From positions 1 through 57,186 of the IMG/VR virus record IMGVR_UViG_3300044970_001263: 57,186 nucleotides of DNA; one strand, given 5' to 3'. The position numbers and the translations under genes are program-made. This document shows, piece after piece, positions 57,060-57,186 of the stretch (within the stretch, counting starts at the first letter, position 1; each line of letters opens with the position of its first letter). Origin of the DNA: a virus (Duplodnaviria > Caudoviricetes). A model generated the notes under the pieces. It was given only the letters and a program-made list of their open reading frames with translations. It did no database searches and had not been told where the DNA came from.

Positions 57060-57186
57060 GCGCCCGACGCGCTTATTTGTGCCACCTTGTACCACTTCCT
57101 ACCACTATATACCCTAAACCCTAACATACCGCCCTGTCTGGCGAACATCTGTTCTATTTGGTCTGACCCTAGAACCTAACACGCCT
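57060..57186 (+). repeat. 127-bp duplicate of bases 1-127 (circular assembly overlap)
   Basis: Identical by eye; 127 is a common assembler k-mer. Confidence 0.92.

Noticed and set aside
57060-57186. Biological direct terminal repeat
   Set aside because: It is exactly 127 bp and falls in the middle of the early arm, typical of an assembler overlap. Other evidence points to an end near 4.6 kb.

Overview
Apparently complete ~57.06 kb tailed-phage genome with siphovirus-type gene order. Bases 57060-57186 repeat 1-127, which is most likely an assembly overlap. No integrase, DNA polymerase or primase is recognisable. Plus strand 4972-36479 is the morphogenesis/lysis arm: terminase, portal, protease-scaffold, capsid, glycosyltransferase, tail tube, frameshifting chaperone, tape measure, many tail-tip/fibre genes, thioredoxin, C39-like peptidase and holin-like genes. 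36509-46914 holds divergent replication/nucleotide genes (SSB-like, Cas4-like nuclease, DnaB, dNMP kinase, phosphoesterase, XRE regulator). A minus-strand early arm runs 4382->1 and continues 57060->46911. Two linked features stand out. (1) About 40 copies of a 16-bp core TGTTAGG-N4-AGGGT organise the early arm into mostly single-gene units (promoter-like box, often a second box 26 bp upstream, stem-loop, RBS, ORF, terminator). The arm is headed by a divergent sigma-70-like gene and carries four LexA-type boxes and two ORF-less units. (2) By manual scan the same arm lacks AGCT, TCGA, ACGT, CATG and TGCA over nested stretches of about 9-28 kb that all end at 4.7-5.3 kb. This suggests the physical genome end lies near 4.6 kb and that DNA entry is polar and staged. 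All assignments come from visual motif recognition; no searches or computations were run.
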